A stretch of DNA of 64,000 nt from Geopsychrobacteraceae bacterium (GTDB taxonomy: Bacteria; Desulfobacterota; Desulfuromonadia; Desulfuromonadales; Geopsychrobacteraceae), in assembly GCA_963676795.2 (NCBI GenBank), contig CAXXTB010000002.1, forward strand, positions 1,184,001 to 1,248,000, read 5' to 3'. The notes under the pieces were generated by a model. That model was not told the DNA's origin and ran no database searches. It worked only from the letters and a program-made list of their open reading frames with translations. The position numbers and the translations under genes are program-made. Position 1 is the first letter of the stretch. Every line of letters begins with the position of its first letter. Shown here in pieces: positions 56,264 to 64,000 of this stretch.

Positions 56264-57418
56264 TTGAAACAGATCTATGTTGCGGATATCAAAGAGCGGG
56301 ATCAGCTCAGAGAGGTGTTCCTGGTCAAGGACAAGATTACGGCCATGGCCAAGAACGGCAAACCCTACCTGACCTTAAGGCTGATGGATCGCAGTGGCGA
56401 GGTCGAAGGGCGCCTGTGGGACCGGGTTGATGAACTCTCCCCCCAGTTTGACAAGGATGATTTTATCCAGGTGCAGGGCAAGGCCAGCGTCTATCTGGGC
56501 AAGATGCAACTGGTGATCCAGCAGTTGGAGCGGGTCGCTGACCGGGATGTCGACCTGGCCGATTTTCTGCCTGTCTCCACGCGCAGTCGGGCGGAGATGC
56601 GCGCCGAACTGGAGGGCCTGCTCGCTTCGCTGACCGATCGGCATATCAGCGCGCTGCTGAGGGGCATTTTTGACGATCCGGTGCTCTTCGAGCGCTATGC
56701 CATGGCCCCGGCCGCCAAAGGGATGCATCATGTTTTTCTCGGTGGTCTGCTCGAACATTCGCTGGCTGTTGCCGCTCTGGCCTGTGATATTGCCGCCCGC
56801 TATAAGGAGGTCAATCGCGACCTGCTGATCTGCGGCGCTCTGCTCCATGATCTGGGCAAGGTCTCGGAGCTCTCTTACCAGCGTTCCTTCGACTATACCG
56901 ACGAGGGGAAGCTGCTCGGCCACATCATTATCGGTGTCCAGATGATCGAAGACCAGGTGCGCCGGATTCCGGGATTCCCTGATCAACTGTCGATGATGAT
57001 CAAGCATCTGCTGCTCTCGCATCATGGTCAGTACGATTTCGGTTCACCGAAACGACCAAAATTCCTCGAGGCCGTGATCCTCAATTTCATCGATGATCTT
57101 GATTCCAAGATTAACGGAGTTTTGAGCCATGTCGCCAAGGAGCCGGAACGCGAAGGAAACTGGACCAGCTACCATCGTCTCTACGATCGCTATTTTTATA
57201 CCGCTGGCATGGCCAGGGAAGTCGAGGGCGGTAATTTGCCGGAGCCGCAGCCTCAGCCGGTTGCCCAGCAAAGACCGGTTCCACGCGAAGCAAAGAAAGA
57301 ACAGCGCAAAGAGCGCAGGGACTTCAACCAGCCATTAGGGGCATCACTTGCCGAACAGCTCAAGGGGAAGAACCTCGATCTGTTTTCGGCAATTCAGGAT
57401 AAAGGGGAAAACTCTTGA
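56264..57418 (+). CDS. OB-fold/HD-domain 3'-5' exoribonuclease, YhaM-like
   Basis: KNGKPYL..DRSG OB fold; HH..GGLLEH, LLHDLGK, SHHG and IDDLD. Confidence 0.9.
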   Translation: MKQIYVADIKERDQLREVFLVKDKITAMAKNGKPYLTLRLMDRSGEVEGRLWDRVDELSPQFDKDDFIQVQGKASVYLGKMQLVIQQLERVADRDVDLADFLPVSTRSRAEMRAELEGLLASLTDRHISALLRGIFDDPVLFERYAMAPAAKGMHHVFLGGLLEHSLAVAALACDIAARYKEVNRDLLICGALLHDLGKVSELSYQRSFDYTDEGKLLGHIIIGVQMIEDQVRRIPGFPDQLSMMIKHLLLSHHGQYDFGSPKRPKFLEAVILNFIDDLDSKINGVLSHVAKEPEREGNWTSYHRLYDRYFYTAGMAREVEGGNLPEPQPQPVAQQRPVPREAKKEQRKERRDFNQPLGASLAEQLKGKNLDLFSAIQDKGENS

Positions 57419-58035
57419 TTTTTGACAGTCTGCCAACAGGCCCATTGGAAGTGAATTGTTATATCGTTGGTTGCGAAAAGACCCGCAAGGCCGCCGTGAT
57501 CGATCCGGGCGGCCATGCCCAGGCGATCCTCAAGCGGCTGGAGAAGCACAACCTGACACTTGATGTCGTCATCAACACCCACGGTCATTTTGACCATATC
57601 GGCGGCAACCGGGAGTTGATCGAAAAGAGCGGTGTTAAGCTGTTGATCCACGCTGCCGATCGTTTTCTGATCGACAATGTTCCGGAGCATGCCCGAATGT
57701 TCGGGATCATGGCCGAACCTTCCCCGGCCCCGGATCGTGAGCTGGTCGACGGCGACACAATCCAGGTCGGCGAACTGACCATCAAGGTGATCCACACCCC
57801 GGGGCATACGCCGGGCGGCGTCTGTTTGCTGGTCGATGGCCATCTGGTGGTCGGCGACACCCTGTTCAACGGTTCCATCGGCCGGACCGACCTGCCGGGT
57901 GGCAGTTTTGAGCAGCTGATCGCAAGCATTCATGAGCGGCTCTTCCCGCTGCCGGACGAGACCCAGGTTTTTCCTGGCCACGGTCCGGCGACGACCATCG
58001 GTCGGGAAAAGACCTTCAATCCATTTCTCAGATAG
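57415..58035 (+). CDS. MBL-fold metallo-hydrolase (glyoxalase II-like)
   Basis: THGHFDH, HTPGHTPG, GDTLF..IGRTD and PGHG. Confidence 0.93.
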   Translation: MIFDSLPTGPLEVNCYIVGCEKTRKAAVIDPGGHAQAILKRLEKHNLTLDVVINTHGHFDHIGGNRELIEKSGVKLLIHAADRFLIDNVPEHARMFGIMAEPSPAPDRELVDGDTIQVGELTIKVIHTPGHTPGGVCLLVDGHLVVGDTLFNGSIGRTDLPGGSFEQLIASIHERLFPLPDETQVFPGHGPATTIGREKTFNPFLR

Positions 58036-58044
58036 GATCACCTT

Positions 58045-59250
58045 ATGCTGAAGGGGAAACATATCGTTCTGGGCGTCAGCGGTGGTATCGCGGTCTATAA
58101 AGCGGTTGAACTGCTGCGCCTGTTGACCAAGGCCGGTGCCGAGGTTCAGGTCGTGATGACCAGAAACGCCTGTGAGTTTGTCACGCCCCTGACCTTTCAG
58201 ACCCTCTCGTGCAATCCGGTCCACACCGAGATGTTCAATCTCTACCAGGAACACGAGATCGGCCATATCTCTCTGGCGGACAAAGCCGATCTGTTTATCC
58301 TGGCTCCGGCGACAGCCAACTTGGTCGGCAAGATTGCCGGCGGTATTTGCGATGACCTGCTGACGACCAGCATCATGGCGACCAAGGCGCCGGTGCTCAT
58401 CGCTCCGGCCATGAATACCAACATGTATTCCAATCCTCTCTACCAGCGCAATGAGAACCTGCTGCGCGAGTATGGCTATCAGATCATCGCGCCGGTCAAC
58501 GGGGAACTCGCCTGCGGCTGGGTTGGTGACGGGAAACTGGCCGATCCCGCCGATATCTTCGCCGCTGCCGAAGCGATTTTGACCAAGAAGGATCTGTACG
58601 GCTGTCGCATCATGATTACCGCCGGCCCGACCCGTGAGGAAATCGATCCGGTCCGTTATCTGACCAATTACTCATCCGGCAAGATGGGCTATGCTCTGGC
58701 TGCGGTCGCGGCGCGGCGCGGCGCCGACGTCCTGCTGATCAGCGGGCCGAGCCAGCTGTCGGTCCCCTACGGTGTCAGGGCAGTTATGGTCCAGACGGCT
58801 CAGCAGATGCGCCAGGCTGTCTTTGCCAATCTGATCGATATCGATGTCGTCATCAAGGCGGCGGCTGTCGCCGATTATCGAGTTGCCGACCGGGCCGGGC
58901 AGAAGCTCAAGAAAACTGCGGACAGCCTGACGCTTGAGCTGGAGAAAAATCCGGATATCCTTGCCGAGCTTGGCCGCAACAAGGGGGAGCGGTTGCTGGT
59001 CGGTTTCGCTGCCGAGACAGAGAATCTGCTGGAACATGCCGGTGAAAAACTGAAAAAGAAAAATCTCGATATGATTGTCGCCAACGATGTCAGTCGCAGT
59101 GATGCCGGTTTTGATGTCGATACCAACGCAGTGAGGATACTTTCTGCTGACGGGCAGATCGAAGCGCTGGAGCTGATGAGCAAGGTCGAGGTGGCTGATA
59201 CCCTGCTCAGCCGGATCGCCGATCTGTGGCGGGCCAAACGGATGGTCTGA
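58045..59250 (+). CDS. coaBC: Bifunctional phosphopantothenoylcysteine decarboxylase/synthase
   Basis: GGIAVYK, APATAN, PAMNTNM, TAGPTRE.IDPVR..NYSSGKMG and GFAAET. Confidence 0.97.
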   Translation: MLKGKHIVLGVSGGIAVYKAVELLRLLTKAGAEVQVVMTRNACEFVTPLTFQTLSCNPVHTEMFNLYQEHEIGHISLADKADLFILAPATANLVGKIAGGICDDLLTTSIMATKAPVLIAPAMNTNMYSNPLYQRNENLLREYGYQIIAPVNGELACGWVGDGKLADPADIFAAAEAILTKKDLYGCRIMITAGPTREEIDPVRYLTNYSSGKMGYALAAVAARRGADVLLISGPSQLSVPYGVRAVMVQTAQQMRQAVFANLIDIDVVIKAAAVADYRVADRAGQKLKKTADSLTLELEKNPDILAELGRNKGERLLVGFAAETENLLEHAGEKLKKKNLDMIVANDVSRSDAGFDVDTNAVRILSADGQIEALELMSKVEVADTLLSRIADLWRAKRMV

Positions 59251-59262
59251 CGGGCGAGATGC

Positions 59263-59976
59263 ATGCCGGATAAACTTTATAAAGAATGTTGCGAGCTGAT
59301 AGCCCAGGGGAAGATGGTCCTGGAGGATCTGCACTCCTGGGGCTATGAATGGATCGCCGATCCGGTCGAGCCTGGCACGGGGCACGAATCCCGTTCTGCT
59401 GGGGCTGGCGAGACCGCTGTAGCACCGATCCGAACCCTTGAGGAGCTTGAAGCGTCACTGCAGGGCTGCACGCTCTGCCCGTTGTGTCAGGAACGGCATC
59501 ATATCGTCTTCGGCTGTGGCAACCCGAACGCCGATCTTGTCCTGGTCGGTGAAGCTCCCGGCCGCGAAGAGGACCTGCAGGGCTTCCCTTTTGTCGGAGA
59601 GGCCGGCCGCCTGCTGGAACGTATCCTGTTTGCCATGCAGCTGTCTCGTGACGATGTCTATATCTGCAATCTGCTCAAATGTCGTCCTCCGCACAACCGT
59701 GATCCGGAAACGGCAGAAATCGCGGCCTGCGAGCCGTTTCTCAAACGTCAGCTGGAGATCATCAAACCGCGCCTGATCGTCGCCCTCGGACGCTTTGCCA
59801 CCCAGACGCTGCTGCAGAACAATGCGCCGATCAGCCGTCTGCGCGGCACCTGGACCGAATACCAGGGGATTTCGCTGATGCCGACCTATCATCCGGCCTA
59901 TCTGTTGCGTTCTCCGGCTGGAAAAAAGGATGTCTGGCAGGATATGAAACAGGTGCTGCAACGTCTGCGCAGCTGA
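59263..59976 (+). CDS. Uracil-DNA glycosylase family 4
   Basis: CTLCPL, GEAPG..ED..G.PFVG, KCRPP.NR and TYHPAYLL. Confidence 0.94.
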   Translation: MPDKLYKECCELIAQGKMVLEDLHSWGYEWIADPVEPGTGHESRSAGAGETAVAPIRTLEELEASLQGCTLCPLCQERHHIVFGCGNPNADLVLVGEAPGREEDLQGFPFVGEAGRLLERILFAMQLSRDDVYICNLLKCRPPHNRDPETAEIAACEPFLKRQLEIIKPRLIVALGRFATQTLLQNNAPISRLRGTWTEYQGISLMPTYHPAYLLRSPAGKKDVWQDMKQVLQRLRS

Positions 59977-59977
59977 T

Positions 59978-60313
59978 TCAGGCGTAATAATTTATCAATG
60001 ATCCGGGCAGGGGAGTATTCACAGGGGCCTTAAGATAGCCATTGAGCCTCTGGTCAGTCGGTGCTGACTCTATTGTGCTCTGTTCAAGCGATGGGCTGTC
60101 CGGCTCTGCGACGGATTGGCTACTGCTGGTTGCTGCCGGCTTCGGTGCCGAGTAGATGTCAACATATTCAGCGTCAATCACCTGTGCGGATCTGGCGTTA
60201 CGGCTGTAACTGTCCGTTGCACGGCCCTGGTTCAGGGGCTGCCGGGCAGTCTGCTCGTGATTGTTCAGCTGTATTTCGCTGACAAAGGGGCTGTTGAGTC
60301 TGTTGATCTGCAC
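59978..60313 (-). CDS. Hypothetical small, probably disordered protein
   Basis: 111-aa S/Q/P/N-rich ORF filling the gap, convergent on udg. Confidence 0.6.
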   Translation of the reverse strand: MQINRLNSPFVSEIQLNNHEQTARQPLNQGRATDSYSRNARSAQVIDAEYVDIYSAPKPAATSSSQSVAEPDSPSLEQSTIESAPTDQRLNGYLKAPVNTPLPGSLINYYA

Positions 60314-60417
60314 TCTATGCCTTCTTCAGTGATGACACAATAACGTCTGAATATCGTCTAACTATAAGAAAAATAGCTGCTTTGAGCAAGTACTAAGATG
60401 AGGAACTTCTTAGATGG

Positions 60418-60774
60418 TCAGGGGGGAGCGGCTTCCGACGTATCTTTTGCTATCGGAACCAGTTGCCAGCCTTTGGCTCTCATGCAATCCCGGTAGATCG
60501 CATCGCTTTCCAGCCCGGGACTGTAGAAAAACGGTTGGACCAGGGCGCGCCGCGAGTACCAGTGCGGATAGTAGGCGAAGTCATACCGGTTGAACAGAAA
60601 GCCCTGGCGCATCACGAGCTGATCCGCAATCCGGTGACATTCCTGCTGGTCTCTTTCCAGCGCTGTCGCATCAAGCTTTTCTGGATGCTGCCAGGTCAGT
60701 TCAGCGCAGCCACACAGTAGCAGGAGCAGGATACTGAGTCCGATCCGGACTGATCTTTTGCACTTGTCTCTCAT
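60418..60774 (-). CDS. Hypothetical lipoprotein
   Basis: Lipobox LLCGC; W.HP...RD..EC and Y.DCM..KGW motifs. Confidence 0.65.
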   Translation of the reverse strand: MRDKCKRSVRIGLSILLLLLCGCAELTWQHPEKLDATALERDQQECHRIADQLVMRQGFLFNRYDFAYYPHWYSRRALVQPFFYSPGLESDAIYRDCMRAKGWQLVPIAKDTSEAAPP

Positions 60775-60841
60775 CGTTCAATCATAGCATTGATTGCTGT
60801 TGTTTACAGCACAGCGGTTTTCTCTTGGAGAGTTACATCAT

Positions 60842-61981
60842 ATGAGAATTCTTCACACTTCGGACTGGCATCTCGGGCGCCAGTTTTATAACCAGTCGTT
60901 GCTTGACGATCAGCGCCTGGTCTTGCACCAGTTGATCGGTCAGATTGAGGCACTGAAGGTCGATGTGGTTATCGTCGCCGGCGATATCTATGATCGCTCC
61001 GTCCCCCCGGCGGCAGCCGTCGATCTGCTCAGCTGGGTTGTCGATGAGATCTGCCACCGCCTGGGGGTGCCGCTGATCGCCATCAGTGGCAATCATGACG
61101 GTCCCGAGCGCCTTGCCTTTGCTGCCAAACAACTGGCTGCCGGCGGTCTGCATATCGTCGGTCCCCTGTGGCAGGAGCCGGTCCGGATCCTGTTGAGCGA
61201 CAGGGCCGGTACCCAGGTCGCCTTCTACCCGATCCCCTATGCCGATCCGTTGACCGTGCGTTATCAGCACGGGGTTGATGTGACCTGTCATGACGAGGCT
61301 ATGGCCTACCTGCTGGAGAAGATCAAGCAGGTCCGGGATGACTCTGTCCCTGCGGTGGCCATTGCCCACTGTTTTCTTGCCGGCGGGGAGGCCTCTGAGT
61401 CTGAACGGCCGCTGGCGATAGGTGGTGTCGAGTGTGTGGCGCCGGAGCGGTTCGCGGCTTTTTCCTATACCGCACTTGGCCACCTGCACGGTCAGCAGTA
61501 CCGTCATAAGGAAACCATCCGCTACAGCGGGACCCCTTTGAAATATTCCTTTTCGGAAGAGCGGCACAGGAAATCTTTCACCCTGGTCGATATCGACAGC
61601 CAGGGACAGGTTGAGATCCAGATGATCCCCCTGTTTCCGCAGCGTGATATGCGGACGATCGAGGGGGAGTTGAATGCTATCCTGGCGGCCGGAAAAGAGG
61701 ATCCCGCTGCAGCTGACTATGTGCAGATCCGGCTGAATGACCGGCACGCCATCCTTGATGTGATGAACAAGTTGCGGGCCGTCTATCCCAACGTTCTGCA
61801 CCTGGAGCGTCCCGGTCTGATCAGTCAGAACAGCGTGGTAGCGGCCAGAGACAACCTGCATCGCGGCGCCTTGCAGATGTTCGAAGATTTTTTTCAACAG
61901 GTCACCGATCAGCCTTTAAACGCAGAGCAGCGCGCTGTTGTCGCTGATGAGCTGAAAAAACTGCAGGAGGGGGAAGGCTGA
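60842..61981 (+). CDS. sbcD: Exonuclease SbcCD subunit D
   Basis: MRILHTSDWHLG, AGDIYD, SGNHD, ALGHLH and YSGTPLKYSFSE. Confidence 0.96.
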   Translation: MRILHTSDWHLGRQFYNQSLLDDQRLVLHQLIGQIEALKVDVVIVAGDIYDRSVPPAAAVDLLSWVVDEICHRLGVPLIAISGNHDGPERLAFAAKQLAAGGLHIVGPLWQEPVRILLSDRAGTQVAFYPIPYADPLTVRYQHGVDVTCHDEAMAYLLEKIKQVRDDSVPAVAIAHCFLAGGEASESERPLAIGGVECVAPERFAAFSYTALGHLHGQQYRHKETIRYSGTPLKYSFSEERHRKSFTLVDIDSQGQVEIQMIPLFPQRDMRTIEGELNAILAAGKEDPAAADYVQIRLNDRHAILDVMNKLRAVYPNVLHLERPGLISQNSVVAARDNLHRGALQMFEDFFQQVTDQPLNAEQRAVVADELKKLQEGEG

Positions 61982-64000
61982 TGCAACCGGTCAAACTGGC
62001 AATGACAGCCTTCGGTCCTTTCCCTGGGAGCGAGGTCATCGATTTTACCCGTCTGGGCGAGAACCCGCTGTTTCTGATCAACGGACCAACCGGGGCGGGA
62101 AAGACGACCATTCTCGATGCGATCTGTTTCGCCCTCTATGGCAAAACAACCGGCAACGAGCGTGACGCTTCGCAGATGCGCTCTGATCTAGCTGATCCGG
62201 CAACCCTCTGTGAGGTCTGTTTCGATTTTCGGCTTGGCGACAGAGGTTATCAGATTCGCCGGATTCCGGAGCAGCAACGGCCTAAAGCTCGCGGTGAAGG
62301 CTTTACCGAGCAGAAACCGGAAGCGCAATTGCTTGAATACGACAGCTGTGGACAAGTGAAGCTTCTGGTTGCGTCGAAAGTCAGCGATGCGACGCAGCAG
62401 ATCGAGATTCTGACCGGGCTTAACGTCGAGCAGTTCCGACAGGTCATGGTGCTGCCCCAGGGGCAGTTCCGTCAGCTGTTGCTGGCAGAATCGGCCGAGC
62501 GGGAGAAGATCTTCGGCCGGCTGTTTCAGACCCATCTTTACAAAAAGCTTGAAGAGCGCTTCAGGGAGCGGGCAAGAGAGGTCCGCACCGAGCGAGAAGC
62601 TCTGCTGCTAAAGGATCAGGGGCTGCTGGAGGGAGCAGCAATCGAGTCTGTAGATCAGCTGACCTGCGAGCTGGACAGGCTGAAGGATGAAGTCCTTCTG
62701 GCGTACGAGGCAAAGGACCAGGGCGAAATACTCTGGCTTGCGGCCGAGCAGGCGTTTCAGCGAGGCGGGCAGCTGGCGAACGATTTTGATCGGGCGGCTG
62801 AGCTGGCGCAGCGCTTGGGCCAGCTGGCAGAGCAGAAGGAGCGGATCGAGGCGCAGCGGCAGCAGGGCGTCATGGCGCGTCAGGCGCAGGCAATCGAGAA
62901 GTTTTACCTCGACCTCAGCACGAGGCGTGACAGCCTCAACAGGACCCGGGAAAAATTGCAAACGACCGGGGAACAACTGGCTGCCGCTGAACGGCAACTC
63001 AAGGCGGCGAGGCAGGAGCAGACAAGTCTGACGGAAAAACAGCAGCAGTTGTCGGCCCTGCGAGATCAGTTGAATGAGTTGACGCGTCATCGTCAAAGCT
63101 GTGAACGGCTCGATCGGCAGTTGCTGGAGAAAAAGCGACTCGAGTCACAGTTGCAGGCAACGCAGCAGGGCCAGGAACTGGTCATCCTGCGCCAGCGTCT
63201 GAAGCGCTCGCTAGACATGCAAAAACAGCAAGGTCGCCTGGACGCTTTGCGACAACGTCTCGAGCAGAGCGAAGCCCGTGGCAAACAGCTGAAAGAGCAG
63301 TATGAACTGGCACGGGAGAGGTCCCGTCAGCTGGAGCTGGTCTGGCATCTCGGGCAGGCGGCGATTCTGGCCAGCCAGCTGGAAAGCGGACAGCCCTGCC
63401 CGGTGTGCGGCAGCCTGGACCATCCCGCAAAGGCTCAGAGCGAAGCAGCGCTTCCGGATCAGAACAACCTGGAATCAGCCAGGCACAGGGTGCAGGAACT
63501 GCATGATGAACTGGAAAGTGCGCGACGCACTTATCTCGATATAAAAGCGGACAGCCTCGCGGCGCAAGCGGACTTGACGCTGCTTCAGCAGGGGAGTGAG
63601 CTGGAAGACGCACCGGCTCTGGCGCAGCGCATCGCCCTGCTGGAACAGGAGCTCGGCAGGGGCCTCGAGCCTGGATTGATGAAGATCTCTGATCCCGGAG
63701 AGTTCGATCTGCTGGTGCAGAACCGGCGCAGAGAGCTCTCCGAGCTGCAGGGGATGATCACCCAGGCTGAGCAGACTCTTCCCGCCGAATACCGTCAAAG
63801 CGGTGCCCTTGACCGGGCAGAACGGCAACTCGGTACGGCCGTTGGCCAGCTCGAAAAGAGCTGCGAGGATATTCAGCGCAGGTTGCTGGCTGCGGAGAAA
63901 GGGTGGCAAAGCCTCTATGATCAGCAGCAGCATCTGAGTCGTGAACAGGAGGAGATAGGTGTTCAATGCCATGAGTCAGAGGCCCGCTGGAATGCGGCCC
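61981..64000 (+). CDS. sbcC: Exonuclease SbcCD subunit C (5' part; runs off the window end and is absent from the ORF track)
   Basis: ATG overlaps the sbcD TGA. Manual translation gives MQPVKLAMTAFGPF, Walker A GPTGAGKTT, VLPQGQF, a coiled coil and an in-frame zinc hook CPVC at 63397-63408. Confidence 0.95.
   Translation, partial: MQPVKLAMTAFGPFPGSEVIDFTRLGENPLFLINGPTGAGKTTILDAICFALYGKTTGNERDASQMRSDLADPATLCEVCFDFRLGDRGYQIRRIPEQQRPKARGEGFTEQKPEAQLLEYDSCGQVKLLVASKVSDATQQIEILTGLNVEQFRQVMVLPQGQFRQLLLAESAEREKIFGRLFQTHLYKKLEERFRERAREVRTEREALLLKDQGLLEGAAIESVDQLTCELDRLKDEVLLAYEAKDQGEILWLAAEQAFQRGGQLANDFDRAAELAQRLGQLAEQKERIEAQRQQGVMARQAQAIEKFYLDLSTRRDSLNRTREKLQTTGEQLAAAERQLKAARQEQTSLTEKQQQLSALRDQLNELTRHRQSCERLDRQLLEKKRLESQLQATQQGQELVILRQRLKRSLDMQKQQGRLDALRQRLEQSEARGKQLKEQYELARERSRQLELVWHLGQAAILASQLESGQPCPVCGSLDHPAKAQSEAALPDQNNLESARHRVQELHDELESARRTYLDIKADSLAAQADLTLLQQGSELEDAPALAQRIALLEQELGRGLEPGLMKISDPGEFDLLVQNRRRELSELQGMITQAEQTLPAEYRQSGALDRAERQLGTAVGQLEKSCEDIQRRLLAAEKGWQSLYDQQQHLSREQEEIGVQCHESEARWNAA

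Noticed and set aside
60340..60390. Possible sigma28 promoter (GACGATAT on the minus strand)
   Set aside because: No TAAA at the required 15-bp spacing
16632..63972. Many long antisense or alternate-frame ORFs (e.g. 25779-26903, 31298-32266, 32578-33810, 39042-40064, 42604-43614, 60833-61897, 62188-63972)
   Set aside because: They overlap well-supported genes, lack recognisable motifs and are expected shadows of GC-rich codon usage
1..64000. CRISPR array, prophage, IS transposase, defence system or selenocysteine read-through
   Set aside because: No regularly spaced repeats or such genes were seen; TGA-terminated genes appear full length

Overview
Bacterial chromosomal window. Gene content and synteny suggest a deltaproteobacterium of the Desulfuromonadales/Geobacter type (inference). 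It has two parts. (1) About 1-15.7 kb is a visibly AT-rich surface-polysaccharide locus: GT2 glycosyltransferases, an RgpF-like rhamnan synthesis protein, three tandem sulfotransferase-like genes and the dTDP-L-rhamnose genes. rmlBDA is separated from rmlC by a ~6.1 kb block encoding three different O-acyltransferase systems. (2) About 15.8-64 kb is GC-richer core genome: comEA, uge, yicC-gmk-rpoZ-rel-ridA, rpmB, purMN, pyrKD, a tRNA nucleotidyltransferase, scpAB, mutL-miaA-hfq, copA, rph-rdgB-ndk-rlmN-mtnP, signalling genes, coaBC, udg and sbcDC (sbcC runs off the window). I saw no tRNA, rRNA, CRISPR array, transposase or phage gene. The most notable observations are a long Rel/SpoT protein whose hydrolase motifs are all degenerate, a candidate sulfated and multiply O-acylated rhamnose-rich glycan system, a ~145 bp palindromic MITE-like element right after rel, and TPR/ATPase and TPR/zinc-ribbon-receiver modules resembling type IV pilus polarity components. 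All calls come from reading motifs and synteny; no database searches were run.
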